Source: an uncultured cyanobacterium
GTDB taxonomy: Bacteria > Cyanobacteriota > Cyanobacteriia > Cyanobacteriales > Nostocaceae
DNA length: 64,000 nt
Direction of reading: 5' to 3'
NCBI GenBank assembly: GCA_963740315.1
Contig: CAVUDP010000001.1
Span: 544,001-608,000 of the forward strand
A program made the position numbers and the translations under genes. Below the pieces are notes generated by a model. That model was given only the letters and a program-made list of their open reading frames with translations. It was not told the origin of the DNA and did no database searches. Of this stretch, positions 60,279 through 64,000 are shown piece after piece (the stretch's first letter is position 1; every line of letters begins with the position of its first letter).

Positions 60279-62827
60279 TCACTGTTTTTGATAAAGCGAG
60301 TAATACAATCCTTGTTGCTCTATCAATTCTTGATGGCTTCCTTGCTCGACTAAAACGCCTTTATCCATTACTAAAATTAAATCGGCTCGTTTTAAAGGTT
60401 CAAAGCGATGGGTAATCATAAAAACGCTACGATTTTGCGCTACAGCTTGGACGTTTTCTAATACGTGCTGTTCCGTTTCACTATCTAATGCACTAGTGGC
60501 TTCATCTAATATCAAAATCGGTGCTTGGGAGAGGAATAATCGCGATAAAGCAACTCGCTGTCTTTGACCTCCAGAAAGTGCCGTACCTCTTTCTCCGACG
60601 TTAGTATCATAGCCGTGAGGTAAGTTAGAAATAAACTCATGCGCCCCCGCTCGCTTGGCTGCTTGTACAACTTGTTCGGCGTTAAATTCCGGATTATTGA
60701 GAGTGATGTTTTCAAAAACGGAACTGTTAAATAGAAAGTCATCTTGTAAGACTACTGCTATCTGTTGACGTAAGGAATTCAAATCAGCTAACTTGACATC
60801 AAAACCATCGATTGAAATCTTTCCTGATTCCGGTTGATAAAGTCCCTGCAATAACTTAGAAAGCGTACTTTTACCCGAACCACTACGTCCGACAACTCCA
60901 ACAAACATTCCCGGTTTTATAGTAACGGAAACTCCTCTTAAAATTGGTTTTTGGTCGGGATTGTAGCGAAAAACTACGTTGTCAAAATTAACTTGTCCTG
61001 ACAAAGTTGGTAAAGCTAAACCACTTCCTGAATCTGATTCTGGCGTAAAGTTGAGAATGTCACCAAGCCGTTGCACAGAAAGTAATACTTGTTGGAAATT
61101 CTGCCATAATTGCACCATTCTTAGAAGTGGTTGAGTTACCCTACCGGAAAGCATTTGAAATGCAACTAATTCTCCTACCGTTAGCTTTTGTTCAATCGCT
61201 AAATGAGCGCCAACACCCAAAATTAAGAGATAAGAAATACTATTAAGAAAAGTACTAATATGACCGCTTATATTTGATGCTGTTGATGCTTTAAAATCAC
61301 TACGAACATAGCGAGCTAATAAACCTTCCCAGCGTTCTCTTGCTGCTGTTTCGGCAGAATGAGCTTTGACTGCATGGATACCCGTTACAGTTTCTACTAG
61401 GAATGATTGGCGATCGGCATTACGGTTGAAGGTTTCGTTCAGCCAATTGCGAATTATGGGTGTAGAAACTAAAATCAGAATGCTAAATAAAGGTATAACT
61501 GCTAACGCAACTGCGGTGAGAGTAACGTTGTAGTAAAACATTAACAGCAGGTAAACCACCACAAAAATCGAATCTAGAATCACCGTGAGAGCGGTTCCCG
61601 TAAGAAACTCTCGAATATTCCCTAATTCCTGCACCCGTGCCACTACATCGCCTACCCGCCGCGCTTCAAAGTATGATAAGGGCAACTGCATTAGATGGCG
61701 AAAGACTTGAGATGAGAGGCTCAAATCAATTCTTCTGGCAGTATGTGAAAAAGTAAATATACGCAGCATTCCGAGTAAACCTTCAAACACTGCTACAGCG
61801 ACTAAACCAAATAGCATCACATCTAAAGTAGAGACGCTTTGCTGTACCATCGCTTTATCGATGATTGTTTGAGTTAACACTGGAGTTCCCAAACCCAATA
61901 CTTGCAAAGTTAAGGAAGCGATTAAAACCTCACCCAGCAAACGACGGTGACGCATAATAGCAGGTAAAAACCAACTCAAGCCAAATTCTTCTTGTTTTTG
62001 AATTGGTTCAATCTGCCACAGCCTACCGTTCCAAACTTCTGCAATCATTGACTGAGAAACCGAAACGCAAGTTTGAGCCGGGTTGTGAGGATCTGCAAGA
62101 ATTAGACGATTACCCTGTAGAGCATAAACTATCACCCAATGTTTTGCTCCCCACTCCAACAAAGCAGGGAAAGATAAATCTTTCAAATCACGCCAAGTTA
62201 CTCGCAAGCGACGTAACCTTAAGCCCATTTTTTCGGCTGTTGCGCTTAACTCTCTTGCACCTGTTCCCTCAATTGACGCTGTACTAAATCTAATTTGGCT
62301 GGACTTTGAAAATATTGTGCTGCCATTGTCAGACAAGCAGCACCAGTATTAAGACTGCAAATAAAAGGATAACCGGAAATTGGTTTTGATTTAACCGCAG
62401 TTTGAGATTGATATTCAGAACTCTCTTTTTCCCAATACTGCTGTAATTCCGGTGAATTTGCTTTGGTAAATAATTGAATATCCCAGCGAACAACCACTAC
62501 CTCTTTACTAGCAGCGACGGCTTTAAACTCACCAGAAAGTTGTAATAAATCGCCAAACCATTCGCCTGCTTTGAAAGTAGCCAGAGATTTACTTGCGCCA
62601 ACTTCTTTTAAACGAACCTTACCTTTAATTATAATAAACTGGCTACCTGAATTGTCCGTTGACCAAATTTTTTCTCCCAATTTGTAGGAAATAGATTCCG
62701 CTTGGTGATCGAATTTTACCTGTTCGGCTGGAGTTAGTAAATTTAATGGTGCTTCTTCCCAAGGTAGTTTTGGTAAGTCTTTGGAAATAACTTTCAGATT
62801 CGAGGTTGAATGTTCTTGGGTAATCAT
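60279..62827 (-). CDS. Type I secretion ABC transporter (cNMP-like, C39-like, ABC TM, ATPase), split by a 1-nt frameshift
   Basis: ORFs 62246-62827 and 60279-62336 join (QRQLR-GTGARELSATAEKMG) if one G is added to the GGG run at 62266-62268. GRSGSGKST and LSGGQRQR motifs. Confidence 0.88.
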
Positions 62828-63107
62828 GGGAAATTAAAAATTAAAAATTCAAAGTTCAAAGTTCAAAATACATTTATTACAACATTGAGGGAGTCAGGTT
62901 ATATAATCCTCAACATCTGCGACTAAGATGAATTTAATTAATAATCGAGAAGAAATAGAGAAGAGTTTTTGAATAAAAATTTTTTTATTCAAAATTCAAA
63001 AATAAAAAATAGGGGTGAGAAAAGATGTAAAAATCAACTCTCAACCCCGTGTAGTTAGTTTTTCAATGTAGCGCTAGTACGAATCAACTTAAGCTAAATT
63101 AATTAAT

Positions 63108-63854
63108 TTAGGCATTAGGAGTCGCACCCGCAAAGATGTCGTAATCAACCCGACCAAATTGACCGGAACGTGGCGCAACGCGCAGTAAATAGCTTCCGCT
63201 TACTAGGTTATCCCTAGTAATGAAACCGCTATCACTACTGCTGCCTTGAAACCGATCGCCATCGGCACCATTAATACGACCATCACCGTTCTTATCGAAC
63301 CATAGCTGCATAAATGCTTTGCGTTTGGAACCCAAAGCGGCAGTAAACTCGCTGTCGCTCGCACTGTTTACCTGGAATTTATACAAGTCCTCGGTGTCAC
63401 CAGTAGAATTGTTTACAGAACCCTTGAAAAAGCGGGAAGCGTTGATGTTACCCAAGTCGGTGACTGGTTCAGTTTCTTGTCCCAATCCAGAGGTGGTTTT
63501 CAACTTTAAGTTGTAGCTAGTTGAGCCAGAACCAAATTTATTAACTTGGACAAAGTATTGTCCGGAAACTAACCCTTTAGCAGTAATTGAGTCAGTTGCT
63601 GCACCACCACGAAAAGAACCGACAATAGTATCACCTGCATCTACGTTACCATTACCGTTTCCATCTTTAATTAGACGTAAATCAGCATCTGAGCTAAGAC
63701 CAGAAAGAGTAGCACTGAAAGTCGAGGTAGTTCCAACTTGAAAACGAAAGAAATCGTTTATACTTTTACTGCTAACAGAGCCAGTAATATCACTGTTAGA
63801 AGATACAGATTGAGCTTGAGAAAGACTATTATTGGGTTCGCGTTCAAAAACCAT
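63108..63854 (-). CDS. Secreted-type protein with tandem pre-peptidase C-terminal (PPC)-like domains and Ca-binding-like DxNxNG loops
   Basis: EREPNNS, DFFRF, LSGLSSDADLRLIKDGNGNG and DKNGDGR; no N-terminal signal peptide; upstream of the T1SS genes. Confidence 0.78.
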   Translation of the reverse strand: MVFEREPNNSLSQAQSVSSNSDITGSVSSKSINDFFRFQVGTTSTFSATLSGLSSDADLRLIKDGNGNGNVDAGDTIVGSFRGGAATDSITAKGLVSGQYFVQVNKFGSGSTSYNLKLKTTSGLGQETEPVTDLGNINASRFFKGSVNNSTGDTEDLYKFQVNSASDSEFTAALGSKRKAFMQLWFDKNGDGRINGADGDRFQGSSSDSGFITRDNLVSGSYLLRVAPRSGQFGRVDYDIFAGATPNA

Positions 63855-64000
63855 GATTATTTGACTCCTTAATTTAAGTAAATTGAACTGTTATCAGCTA
63901 CTAAGCTAATTAATATATAGATAATGTCGCCGTTTGCTTTTTTGTTCTTAAGTTAAAGATAATCATTAATCGAGAATAACTAGAGAATATTTATTACCTT

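Overview
AT-rich cyanobacterial DNA with frequent HIP1 sites (GCGATCGC) and many STRR heptamer tracts; with the devBCA and pec/cpc genes this suggests a filamentous, probably heterocyst-forming (Nostocales-like) host (inference). Left to right: the leader end of a type III-like CRISPR array (no cas genes in the window), ccdA/ccsB, a DUF1778-GNAT toxin-antitoxin pair, queF, SRP RNA, a kinase-TPR gene, a rhomboid lacking its catalytic dyad, and a Uma2/retropepsin/small helical protein/NB-ARC-TPR (NLR-like) cluster. Further on are hli, devBCA with TetR, a pecBACEF-cpcBACDEFG1G2G4 phycobilisome cluster, rluD, a TPR-CHAT gene broken by a deletion, a partly degenerate pix/ptx-type chemosensory cluster and a type I secretion locus. 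The strongest candidate for a new system is at 17574-20648. A 135-aa BELL-like ORF with an amyloid-like tail lies in the same frame as the downstream NLR, separated by one TGA, and the first conserved NB-ARC motif falls between that stop and the first ATG. This suggests stop-codon readthrough giving both a free effector and an effector-NLR fusion. Three other genes carry 1-nt homopolymer frameshifts, so assembly error needs excluding. All calls come from reading the sequence and ORF track; no searches were run.
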